Source of the DNA: a bacterium
Lineage (GTDB): Bacteria; Patescibacteriota; Patescibacteriia; Patescibacteriales; UBA12465
NCBI GenBank assembly: GCA_035414245.1
Contig: DAONYH010000002.1
Span: 30,537 to 94,536 of the forward strand
Length of the DNA stretch: 64,000 nt
Direction of reading: 5' to 3'
Shown: positions 50,996-59,235 of the stretch, in pieces
Layout: every line of letters begins with the position of its first letter
How positions within the stretch are numbered: position 1 is the stretch's first letter
Translations under genes and position numbers: made by a program
The notes under the pieces: model-generated
The model's input: the letters and a program-made list of their open reading frames with translations, nothing else
Told to the model about the DNA's origin: nothing
Databases searched by the model: none

Positions 50996-51646
50996 TTATT
51001 TGTTATAACGCTTAGTTAAAACGCTAATCGCCTCTTCTGTTAAAAGTAAATTCTTATGAGCCAACAAGTCGGCGAGATTAATATTTTCTAAATTTATAAT
51101 TTTAACACCAGTTAAATTGCGACCGGAATATTTTAACTTTTCATCTTTTTTGTCATTGATCACTAAAATATTGCGGCGATTACTTTCTAAAACTTTCTTC
51201 TCAATTGCGCTCAAAACTTCATTAAATTTCTTGGTTTTAAATTCAGCAATCGTGAAATCATCTAAGACCACTAAAGAATTAGTTTTAACTTTATCAGACA
51301 AAGCCATAAATAAAGCTTTCTGTTTCATCTTCTGATTAATTTTCTTTTTAAAATTACGCTCACTGCGAGGACCAAAAGTAACGCCACCACCAATCCAAAT
51401 CGGTGAACGATTTGAGCCAGCTCGAGCGCGACCAGTTCCCTTTTGTTTCCAAGGTTTGCGACCGCCACCAGAAACCTCGCTACGATCTTTAGTGTGAGCT
51501 AAAATTTGACGACTGTTAGCCGTTTGCGTCACTAAGGCTTGATGTAATAATTCTAAGTTTGGCTCAACCGCAAAAATCTTTGGCTCTAAAGCTAAATCTT
51601 TAACTGGTTCAGCGGCTTGATTGTAAACTTTTATCTTTAATGACAT
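50996..51646 (-). CDS. rplD: 50S ribosomal protein L4
   Basis: GGGRKPWKQKGTGRARAGS. Confidence 0.95.
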   Translation of the reverse strand: MSLKIKVYNQAAEPVKDLALEPKIFAVEPNLELLHQALVTQTANSRQILAHTKDRSEVSGGGRKPWKQKGTGRARAGSNRSPIWIGGGVTFGPRSERNFKKKINQKMKQKALFMALSDKVKTNSLVVLDDFTIAEFKTKKFNEVLSAIEKKVLESNRRNILVINDKKDEKLKYSGRNLTGVKIINLENINLADLLAHKNLLLTEEAISVLTKRYNK

Positions 51647-51670
51647 ATACTAATAATACTTATAGTAAAT

Positions 51671-52513
51671 TTAGGAAGCACTGGCTTCAGTTTTTGCTTC
51701 TTCAGCCTTTGTTTCTTCTTTTGTCTCAACCTTTGTTTCTTCGGTCTTAGCTTCTTCTTTTTTTTCTTCTGTTTTTATTTCTTCTGTTTCTTTTTTAACT
51801 TCTGCTTTCACTTCTTCAGCTTCTGATTCTTTAGCAACTTCTGAGGTAGCTTCTGGGGTAGCTTCTGGGGTAGCTTCTTTTTTTAAATTAACTTTTAATT
51901 CACCTTCCCCGCTAATTAAAATTAAACTATTAATCGCTCCCGGAATAGCGCCTTTAATATAAATAAGATTATTTTCCGCATCAACTTCAATAATTTCTAA
52001 ATTAGGAATCGTAATTCTATTACCACCCATACGACCAGCCATTTTTGTACCTTTGAAAACATGAGCCGGTCCTTTTGGTCCGATTGAACCAGGCATTCTT
52101 TCTTGATCTTTATTACCATGAGTTTTTCTAAAACCGCCAAAACCATGACGTTTGACTACGCCTTGAAAACCCTTGCCCTTTGAAGTGCCAACCACATTGA
52201 TTTTATCACCCACCGCAAAAGTTTCCACGGTAATTGTATCACCAATTTTAATATCTGGAGTTTCCTTTACCCTAAACTCGCGAAGATGAGCCGGTTTTAA
52301 ATCAAGTGTTTTAACATGACCACTCTGCGGTTTTTTAATATTTTTTGCTTTTCTCGTACCAAAAGCAATTTGCACCGCCTCATACCCATCAGTAGCTTGT
52401 TTTTTAATTTGGGTAATTTGACATGGCCCAGCTAAAACTGGAGTCACAGCAAAAACATTATCTCCTTTCCAGATTTGGGTCATCATCTTCTTTTTTCCGA
52501 TTATAAACTTCAT
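51671..52513 (-). CDS. rplC: 50S ribosomal protein L3, with a Glu/Lys/Thr-rich C-terminal extension
   Basis: GTSKGKGFQGVVKRHGF. Confidence 0.95.
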   Translation of the reverse strand: MKFIIGKKKMMTQIWKGDNVFAVTPVLAGPCQITQIKKQATDGYEAVQIAFGTRKAKNIKKPQSGHVKTLDLKPAHLREFRVKETPDIKIGDTITVETFAVGDKINVVGTSKGKGFQGVVKRHGFGGFRKTHGNKDQERMPGSIGPKGPAHVFKGTKMAGRMGGNRITIPNLEIIEVDAENNLIYIKGAIPGAINSLILISGEGELKVNLKKEATPEATPEATSEVAKESEAEEVKAEVKKETEEIKTEEKKEEAKTEETKVETKEETKAEEAKTEASAS

Positions 52514-52514
52514 A

Positions 52515-52556
52515 TATTTCTTAAATACTTGCTCTTATTTCTTAAATACTTGCTCT
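52515..52556. repeat. Perfect 21-nt tandem duplication starting 2 nt upstream of the rplC ATG
   Basis: tatttcttaaatacttgctct occurs twice. Confidence 0.9.
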
Positions 52557-52562
52557 AATTTA

Positions 52563-52588
52563 ACAAAAAAACTGGTCTATAAACCAGC
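52563..52588 (-). terminator. Weak terminator or attenuator-like hairpin inside the rpsJ-rplC spacer
   Basis: The minus strand reads CTGGT-TTATAG-ACCAG-T7. The stem is only 5 bp. Confidence 0.3.
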
Positions 52589-52762
52589 TCAATATAATCT
52601 AAAATTCAACAAAAAATCTTGGTCTAACCGCGATTTTAATTTGTCTATTTTGAATTTTGCTGATTTACCTCCAATATTTTGCTGATATTAGCCAAGATAC
52701 TTTCTGATAAACAGAGTTATCAAGACACCTGTCAGCAAACTTTAATTTATTTTTAAATACTA

Positions 52763-53098
52763 CTACATTTTTATTTCAACGTCAACCCCGGCTGGCAAGT
52801 TTAAATTAGTCAAATCTTCAATCGTTTTCGCGCTTGGGTCAATAATGTCAATCATTCTTTTATGGATACGCATTTCATATTGATCACGCGCATCTTTATG
52901 CACAAAAGTAGAACGGTTGACCGTATATTTTTTCTTTTCAATTGGCAAAGGGATGGGACCGAAAAAATGAGCATCAGAACGTTCTATCGTATCAATGATA
53001 GTCTTAGTCGATTGATCAATAATTTTATGATCAAAAGATTTAATTTTAATCCTGATTCGCTGCTTAAATTCTTTTTCATCTTTTTTGTGTTCGGACAT
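52763..53098 (-). CDS. rpsJ: 30S ribosomal protein S10
   Basis: IRIKIKSFDHKIIDQS... Confidence 0.95.
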   Translation of the reverse strand: MSEHKKDEKEFKQRIRIKIKSFDHKIIDQSTKTIIDTIERSDAHFFGPIPLPIEKKKYTVNRSTFVHKDARDQYEMRIHKRMIDIIDPSAKTIEDLTNLNLPAGVDVEIKM

Positions 53099-53159
53099 AC
53101 TTGATTGTTGTTTGTTGTAAATTTTTGAAATTATTTTTTAGCTTAAATAATCGCTACCA

Positions 53160-53187
53160 GCTCACCCTTTTTATTAAAAGAGTGAGC
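53160..53187 (-). terminator. 12-bp hairpin after tuf; partial terminator or processing stem with no clear U-run
   Basis: gctcaccctttt-tatt-aaaagagtgagc, with 1 mismatch. Confidence 0.4.
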
Positions 53188-53195
53188 CAAAGCAA

Positions 53196-54383
53196 TTACT
53201 TCAAAATTTTAGTTACTACACCAGCGCCCACAGTGCGACCACCTTCGCGAATCGCGAATCTCATTTTTTCTTCAAGAGCAATCGGGGCAATTAATTTAAC
53301 ATTTAAATTAACAGTGTCGCCGGGCATTACCATTTCGGTTCCGGCTGGTAAAGTAATGTCGCCGGTAACGTCAGTGGTTCTGATATAAAATTGTGGTTTA
53401 TAACCATTGAAGAATGGTTTGTGACGACCACCTTCATCTTTGGATAAAACATAAACTTCGGCACTAAATTCAGTGTGTGGAGTAATAGAACCCGGTTTAC
53501 AAAGGACTTGTCCTCTTTCAACCTCATTCTTCTTGGTACCACGTAATAGTAAACCGGCATTATCACCAGCTTGACCTTGGTCTAATTGTTTATTAAACAT
53601 TTCTACGCCAGTGATAGTTGTTTTCTTAGTTTCCATTAAACCAACAATTTCCACTTCATCGCCAACTTTGACAATACCTCTTTCAATACGGCCGGTAACT
53701 ACTGTACCGCGACCTTCAATTGAGAAGATGTCTTCAATCGGCATTAAGAAAGCATGATCAATATCTCTTTTTGGTTCAGGAATAGATTGATCCAATTGTT
53801 TCATTAATTCTAAAATCGGTTCTGCTTCTGGTCCGGTTGGATTTTCCAAAGCCTTTAAAGCACTACCGCGAATAATCGGAGTAGTGTCGCCTGGGAATTC
53901 GTATTTCTTTAATAAATCACGAACCTCTTCTTCAACTAAATCAATTAATTCCTTGTCTTCAACCATGTCGCATTTGTTTAAGAAAACAACAATATGGGGC
54001 ACACCAACTTGACGAGCAAGTAAGATGTGCTCTCTAGTTTGAGGCATAGGACCATCAGTTGCAGAAACAACTAAAATAGCACCGTCCATTTGTGCGGCAC
54101 CAGTGATCATGTTCTTAACATAATCAGCGTGACCAGGACAATCAACGTGCGCATAATGTCGGGCATCTGATTCGTATTCAACGTGTGCTGTTGCAATTGT
54201 AATACCTCTCTCTTTTTCTTCGGGAGCGGCATCAATTTCACTGACATTTTTATGGGAAGCTTTCATTCCCTTAGCATTGAAAACAGCCAGCATTGCGGCG
54301 GTTAAAGTAGTTTTCCCATGGTCAACGTGGCCGATAGTACCGACGTTAACATGGGGTTTTGTGCGTTCAAATTTGTCTGCCAT
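53196..54383 (-). CDS. tuf: Elongation factor Tu
   Basis: [18 protein letters not shown] and NKCD. Confidence 0.97.
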   Translation of the reverse strand: MADKFERTKPHVNVGTIGHVDHGKTTLTAAMLAVFNAKGMKASHKNVSEIDAAPEEKERGITIATAHVEYESDARHYAHVDCPGHADYVKNMITGAAQMDGAILVVSATDGPMPQTREHILLARQVGVPHIVVFLNKCDMVEDKELIDLVEEEVRDLLKKYEFPGDTTPIIRGSALKALENPTGPEAEPILELMKQLDQSIPEPKRDIDHAFLMPIEDIFSIEGRGTVVTGRIERGIVKVGDEVEIVGLMETKKTTITGVEMFNKQLDQGQAGDNAGLLLRGTKKNEVERGQVLCKPGSITPHTEFSAEVYVLSKDEGGRHKPFFNGYKPQFYIRTTDVTGDITLPAGTEMVMPGDTVNLNVKLIAPIALEEKMRFAIREGGRTVGAGVVTKILK

Positions 54384-54396
54384 GTTTTTGTTGTAC

Positions 54397-54441
54397 GGCC
54401 CCCGTTAACACGGGGTTTCTTTCCTATACTAGGAAACCAGC
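54397..54441 (-). promoter_or_regulatory. GC-rich double-hairpin element in the tuf 5' leader
   Basis: The minus strand reads TTTCCTA-GTA-TAGGAAA, then CCCCGT-GTTA-ACGGGG, ending 13 nt before the ATG. Confidence 0.45.
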
Positions 54442-54496
54442 CGAACTAAATTAAATATTTATTAAATTATTTATTAAATTATTTTTTACCAAAAAT

Positions 54497-54859
54497 TTAC
54501 TCGATATTATGCGCCTTATTCTTAACGGCGGGAGGAATCTGCCAACTCTTCTTGACTTTGTCTTCTTCAGAGAGAGCGCTGGCCTTATCTTGATTCTTCC
54601 ACATCGAGATTTCCTGATTAATTTTATCAGTTAAATCTTCATCTGTCAAATCAGATTTTGGAGCTGTCTTTTCCTTTTTTTCCTCAATAAAATCATCTTT
54701 TTCACTGTTTTTATGAGGATTCAAAGTAACTGTTTTTAAGTAATGATTAACATCCATTACCACATAAGAATCGTCCGGATTAGCTCCATCATAAATTATT
54801 ACTCGATCGCCAGTTTGTTTAATCAGTTGTAAAATCTTTTTTAATTGTTCAGGAAACAT
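54497..54859 (-). CDS. Hypothetical protein inserted between fusA and tuf, with a Phd/YefM-antitoxin-like N-terminus (inference)
   Basis: The N-terminus LKKILQLIKQTGDRVIIYDGANPDDSYVVMDVNHY shows a helix-strand-strand pattern like Phd/YefM. The rest is acidic and low complexity. Confidence 0.5.
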   Translation of the reverse strand: MFPEQLKKILQLIKQTGDRVIIYDGANPDDSYVVMDVNHYLKTVTLNPHKNSEKDDFIEEKKEKTAPKSDLTDEDLTDKINQEISMWKNQDKASALSEEDKVKKSWQIPPAVKNKAHNIE

Positions 54860-54886
54860 AGGCGTTATATTAAATTACTTAATTTT

Positions 54887-56965
54887 TTATTTGCCGCTCT
54901 TCTCTTTGAGAGTTTCTAGAATACTCTTTGGTACTTCAGCATAATGAGAGAATTCCATAGTATAGTTGGCACGGCCTTGACTCATAGAACGTAAACTGGT
55001 GGAATAGCCAAACATTTCCGCTAACGGCACCTTGGCTTTGACAACCTTAATATTCACCCGATCAGACATTTCTTCAATTTGACCACGTTTGCTATTTAAA
55101 TCTCCCATGATGTTACCCATATATTCTTCTGGCGTAGTAACTTCAACTTTCATAATCGGTTCCAATAAAATTGGACCGGCTTTCTGACAAGCTTCCTTAA
55201 AGGCAAAAATGGCCGCCATTTTAAAGGCAATTTCCGATGAATCAACTTCATGATAAGAACCATAGAAAACCGCTGCCCTAACATCAACCATTGGATAACC
55301 AACCAAAACACCGCCTTGAATAGCTTCTTTGACTCCTTTTTCAATTGCCGGAATATATTCACGTGGAATAATACCACCCTTAATTTCATCAACAAATTCA
55401 AAGCCTTTACCTTGCTCAAGCGGTTCAACGCGCAAAGAACAATGACCATATTGACCGCGACCACCGGATTGCTTGGCATATTTATGTTCAGCTTCCGCTA
55501 CTTTAGTAATTGTTTCGCGATATGAAACTTGTGGTTTACCAACATTAGCTTCCACACTGAATTCTCTTTTCATGCGGTCAACAATAATATCTAAATGTAA
55601 TTCACCCATTCCGGAAATTAAGACTTGGTTTGTTTCCTCATCAGTTTCTACTCTAAAAGTCGGATCTTCTTCAGCCAAACGTGATAAAGCCACACCCATT
55701 TTTTCTTGATCAGCTTTAGTTTTTGGTTCCACCGCAATTTTAATAACCGGCTCAGGAAAATTAATTGATTCCAGAAGCATCGGCGCATTTTCCGCGCAAA
55801 GCGTATTACCGGTCGTAGTATTTTTCAAACCAATAATGGCGGCAATATCACCCGCATAAATTTCTTTAATTTCTTCCCGATGATTTGAGTGCATACGCAC
55901 TAAACGACCAATTCTTTCTTTGTTGCCGGTTGAAGAGTTAATGATATATGAACCGGACTCTAAAACACCTTGATAAACACGGACAAAACATAATTTACCA
56001 ACAAAGGGATCAGTAGCAATTTTAAAAGCTAAACCAACAAAGGGTTTATTATCATCAGCTTTTACTTCTATTTTAATTTCTTCATTGCGCACATCAGTAC
56101 CAAAAACAGACGGAACATCAAGTGGCGAAGGTAAATAATCAACTACCGCATCAAGCGCTAATTGAACACCAATATTTTGTAAAACAGATCCGCATAAAAC
56201 CGGATATAATTCATTAGCGATTACACCTTTGCGAATAGCAACTTTTAATTCTTCAATAGATACTTCTTGTCCATTTAAATATTTTTCCATGGTTGCTTCA
56301 TCGCATTCTACTGCTTTTTCAACTAATTCCGCATAAAACTGATCAACTTTGTCTTTCAAATCATCAGGAATGGGAATTTCAATCATGTTAACACCAAAAT
56401 TCCCTTCAAATTGATAAGCTTTTTTATTCAAAATATCAATTACGCCTTGCAAATTATTTTCCGCTCCGATTGGCAATTGAATGGCCACGGCCTTAGGACT
56501 TAATCGTTTGCGAATGGAATCAAGACTCATATAAAAATCCGCTCCCATCTTGTCCATTTTATTAACAAAACAAAGACGAGGAACATGATATTTATCCGCT
56601 TGACGCCAAACGGTTTCGGATTGCGGTTCAACCCCGGCTTGTCCATCAAAAACAGCGACAGCTCCGTCCAAAACGCGCAAGGATCTTTCCACTTCCACGG
56701 TAAAGTCAACGTGCCCTGGAGTATCAATAATATTTATTTTTTTATTTTTCCAAAAACAAGTTGTGGCGGCGGAGGTAATGGTTATACCTCTTTCTTTCTC
56801 TTGTTCCATCCAATCCATTTCCGCTGCTCCTTCGTGTACTTCTCCGATTTTATGTTTTTTACCGGTATAAAAAAGAACACGCTCGGTAAAAGTAGTTTTT
56901 CCGGCATCAATGTGAGCCATGATGCCAATATTTCTAATGTTTTCCAGGGTATAATCTCGGGCCAT
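54887..56965 (-). CDS. fusA: Elongation factor G
   Basis: [17 protein letters not shown] and NKMD, with a length of 692 aa. Confidence 0.97.
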   Translation of the reverse strand: MARDYTLENIRNIGIMAHIDAGKTTFTERVLFYTGKKHKIGEVHEGAAEMDWMEQEKERGITITSAATTCFWKNKKINIIDTPGHVDFTVEVERSLRVLDGAVAVFDGQAGVEPQSETVWRQADKYHVPRLCFVNKMDKMGADFYMSLDSIRKRLSPKAVAIQLPIGAENNLQGVIDILNKKAYQFEGNFGVNMIEIPIPDDLKDKVDQFYAELVEKAVECDEATMEKYLNGQEVSIEELKVAIRKGVIANELYPVLCGSVLQNIGVQLALDAVVDYLPSPLDVPSVFGTDVRNEEIKIEVKADDNKPFVGLAFKIATDPFVGKLCFVRVYQGVLESGSYIINSSTGNKERIGRLVRMHSNHREEIKEIYAGDIAAIIGLKNTTTGNTLCAENAPMLLESINFPEPVIKIAVEPKTKADQEKMGVALSRLAEEDPTFRVETDEETNQVLISGMGELHLDIIVDRMKREFSVEANVGKPQVSYRETITKVAEAEHKYAKQSGGRGQYGHCSLRVEPLEQGKGFEFVDEIKGGIIPREYIPAIEKGVKEAIQGGVLVGYPMVDVRAAVFYGSYHEVDSSEIAFKMAAIFAFKEACQKAGPILLEPIMKVEVTTPEEYMGNIMGDLNSKRGQIEEMSDRVNIKVVKAKVPLAEMFGYSTSLRSMSQGRANYTMEFSHYAEVPKSILETLKEKSGK

Positions 56966-57008
56966 ATTTTAAGTTAAAAATTAAATGTTATAAATTTATA
57001 TTTATTAA

Positions 57009-57476
57009 TTAGCGAGAAAAATGAGCAAAAGCCTTGTTTGCTTCCGCCATCTTGTGGACTGCTTCCCTCTTTTTCACTGCGTTACCTTCACCATTGGAAG
57101 CGTCTAAAATTTCCAAAGCCAATCTTTCGGCCATTGAACGACCTTTGCGATCTTGGGCTGCTTTAATAATCCAATTGCAACCTAAAAAATAACGTCTTTC
57201 ACCACGTACTTGAAATGGCACTTGATAGTTAGCGCCACCTACTCGCTTGCCACGTACCTCAACTAAAGGCGAAACTTTTTTAATCGCTTTATTAAAAATA
57301 TGGCGGGGATCTTGTTTAGTTTTTTCTTTTATAATTTCAAAAGCCTTATAAACAATATTTTCCGCGACACTTTTTTTACCTTGTTCCATGACATAGTTAA
57401 TAAACTTGGTAATATTCTTATCATTATATTTGACATCGCTTTCAATATTTCTTTTTGGGGCTGGTTTTCCTCTCAT
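57009..57476 (-). CDS. rpsG: 30S ribosomal protein S7
   Basis: Sequence and position; ends in ...KAFAHFSR. Confidence 0.95.
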   Translation of the reverse strand: MRGKPAPKRNIESDVKYNDKNITKFINYVMEQGKKSVAENIVYKAFEIIKEKTKQDPRHIFNKAIKKVSPLVEVRGKRVGGANYQVPFQVRGERRYFLGCNWIIKAAQDRKGRSMAERLALEILDASNGEGNAVKKREAVHKMAEANKAFAHFSR

Positions 57477-57569
57477 ATTTGTGATGGTCGCGAGATTAAC
57501 AGCTATCCTAAAATCGCGCTTTATTAGTTATATGTTTTTATAAAAATTATATTTTTAAATAGTATTATT

Positions 57570-57599
57570 TTATTGCATCATTTTTTACTGCATCATTCT
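57570..57599. repeat. 15-nt tandem near-duplication directly after the rpsL stop
   Basis: The minus strand reads TAA | AGA ATG ATG CAG TAA | AAA ATG ATG CAA TAA. Confidence 0.8.
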
Positions 57600-58031
57600 T
57601 TATTCTTTAGCAGCAGCTTTTGGTTTTTTTGCGCCATAAGAACTACGACTATTTCTGCGCGCCTCAACTCCGGAAGCATCGTAAACGCCACGCACTACTT
57701 TATAACGTACACCAGGAAGATCTTTTGTTTTTCCACCTTTAACAAGAACAATGGAGTGTTCTTGCAAATTATGACCCATACCGGGAATATAAGCGGTGAC
57801 TTCCATGCCATTAGACAAGCGAACACGAGCAATTTTTCTTAAAGCTGAGTTTGGTTTTTTGGGCGTAGTAGTAGTTACCTTTAAACAAACCCCCTGTTTA
57901 AAAGGAGCTCCTTTGGCTGTTTCTTTTCTCTTGCGATGTAAAGAATCAAGGGTAACATGAAGCGCTAAAGATTTCTTTCTGGCTTCAACTTTCTTTCTGC
58001 CTTTTTTCACTAATTGATTGATGGTTGGCAT
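57600..58031 (-). CDS. rpsL: 30S ribosomal protein S12
   Basis: MPTINQL...[13 protein letters not shown]...LVKGG. Confidence 0.96.
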   Translation of the reverse strand: MPTINQLVKKGRKKVEARKKSLALHVTLDSLHRKRKETAKGAPFKQGVCLKVTTTTPKKPNSALRKIARVRLSNGMEVTAYIPGMGHNLQEHSIVLVKGGKTKDLPGVRYKVVRGVYDASGVEARRNSRSSYGAKKPKAAAKE

Positions 58032-58050
58032 AATTTTTCACTAATTGATT
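58003..58050. repeat. 17-nt direct repeat flanking the rpsL start codon (period 31)
   Basis: tttttcactaattgatt occurs at 58003-58019, inside the CDS, and at 58034-58050, in the 5' UTR. Confidence 0.85.
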
Positions 58051-58123
58051 CCGCTAACTGGGCCGAGGCCGAAACGGAAACTTACTTCTAACTGATTTTA
58101 AATATTTTTAATATATTAAAATA

Positions 58124-58141
58124 ATCCTGACAATTCAGGAT
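58124..58141 (-). promoter_or_regulatory. Leader hairpin between the str-operon promoter and rpsL
   Basis: The minus strand reads ATCCTGA-ATTG-TCAGGAT-TATTTT. Confidence 0.4.
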
Positions 58142-58163
58142 GTTTACTTTTTTATACTAATTT

Positions 58164-58192
58164 AATTTAACAAAATATAAAATATAAGTCAA
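58164..58192 (-). promoter_or_regulatory. Promoter of the rpsL-led operon
   Basis: The minus strand reads TTGACT-N17-TAAATT, with TGT immediately upstream of the -10 box (extended -10). Confidence 0.55.
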
Positions 58193-58225
58193 GACAAGAT
58201 AGGGGTCAAAAACCTGGTTTTATCC

Positions 58226-58825
58226 TCAACTAAGCGTAATAAGATTAAACAAAAAATTAACTGGCACAGTAATCAGCCAACTAGCCAACATGACCACTAA
58301 AATAACCAAAATAAAGCCAAAACGGTCAGCACTCAAATATTTAACTCTTAAATGATTCGGTAAAAAGGCGGCTATAACCTTAGAGCCATCCAGAGGCGGA
58401 ATAGGCAGCAAATTAAACACCATTAATAATAAATTAATATAAATCACTACGCCGATTAAACCGGCAAACGTTAGGCTAAAAAACGGAGCAAATCTAAGAA
58501 TTAAGCCAAAAATCAAAGCCATGGCTAAATTAGACAAGGGACCAGCTAGGGCAACCTTGGCTTCCCCGTATTTTTTATCCCGTAAATTATAGGGATTATA
58601 AGGGACTGGTTTTGCCCAACCAATCACAAAACCCAAATTAGTCAAAATCATCATCACCGGCAATAAAAAAGATCCAAATAAATCAAGATGGGCGAGCGGA
58701 TTAATGGTCAGGCGTCCAGCATTTTTAGCTGTGTTATCACCTAAGCGATAAGCCGCAAAACCATGCATGTATTCATGGATAATGGCCGAAAATATTAAAA
58801 CAATGATTTGAAAAGCAATTATCAT
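58226..58825 (-). CDS. Site-2 protease family (M50) membrane metalloprotease
   Basis: HEYMHG...NLLPIPPLDGSKV. Confidence 0.8.
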   Translation of the reverse strand: MIIAFQIIVLIFSAIIHEYMHGFAAYRLGDNTAKNAGRLTINPLAHLDLFGSFLLPVMMILTNLGFVIGWAKPVPYNPYNLRDKKYGEAKVALAGPLSNLAMALIFGLILRFAPFFSLTFAGLIGVVIYINLLLMVFNLLPIPPLDGSKVIAAFLPNHLRVKYLSADRFGFILVILVVMLASWLITVPVNFLFNLITLS

Positions 58826-58912
58826 AAAATAAATATAACATAACTTGATTAATTTTTAAAATGCTGTTAGAATAAAACCATTAAAATAAGCTAAATAAGT
58901 GAATAAACCAAT

Positions 58913-59161
58913 ATGGCGAAAAAATGTGATTTATGCGGACGCGGCGCAACTAAAGGAGCTAGTCGTTCTCACTCTAAAGTAAAAACGCTCAAAAAACAAA
59001 ACATCAATTTACAAACTAAGGAAATAGACGGAATTAAATTTAAATTCTGTACGGCTTGTCTTAGAACGATGAATAAACCAAAACGCGTCAAAACTCCCCG
59101 AAAACCGGTTGCTCAAGCAGTTAAAAAAGTTAAAAAAATTAAAAAGACGGTTAAAAAATAA
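58913..59161 (+). CDS. rpmB: 50S ribosomal protein L28, with a Lys-rich C-terminal extension
   Basis: MAKKCDLCGRGATKGASRSHSKVKT... Confidence 0.85.
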   Translation: MAKKCDLCGRGATKGASRSHSKVKTLKKQNINLQTKEIDGIKFKFCTACLRTMNKPKRVKTPRKPVAQAVKKVKKIKKTVKK

Positions 59162-59197
59162 ACGACAAAATAAAAAAACAATTAATTGAATTAATTT

Positions 59198-59235
59198 AAA
59201 ACCCCGCCTCAAACTTTAAGGCGGGGCTTTTGTTT
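59198..59235 (+). terminator. Terminator after rpmB, overlapping the comEC 3' end
   Basis: aaaa-ccccgcct-...-aggcgggg-cttttgttt. Confidence 0.65.

Noticed and set aside
43556-57842. Antisense or alternative-frame ORFs overlapping ribosomal protein, tuf and fusA genes. Examples: 43790..44164, 45154..45561, 46371..46844, 53101..53388, 55250..55709, 56585..56977 and 57573..57842.
   Set aside because: Each lies opposite to, or out of frame with, a universally conserved gene. They have hydrophobic or low-complexity translations typical of AT-rich antisense frames.
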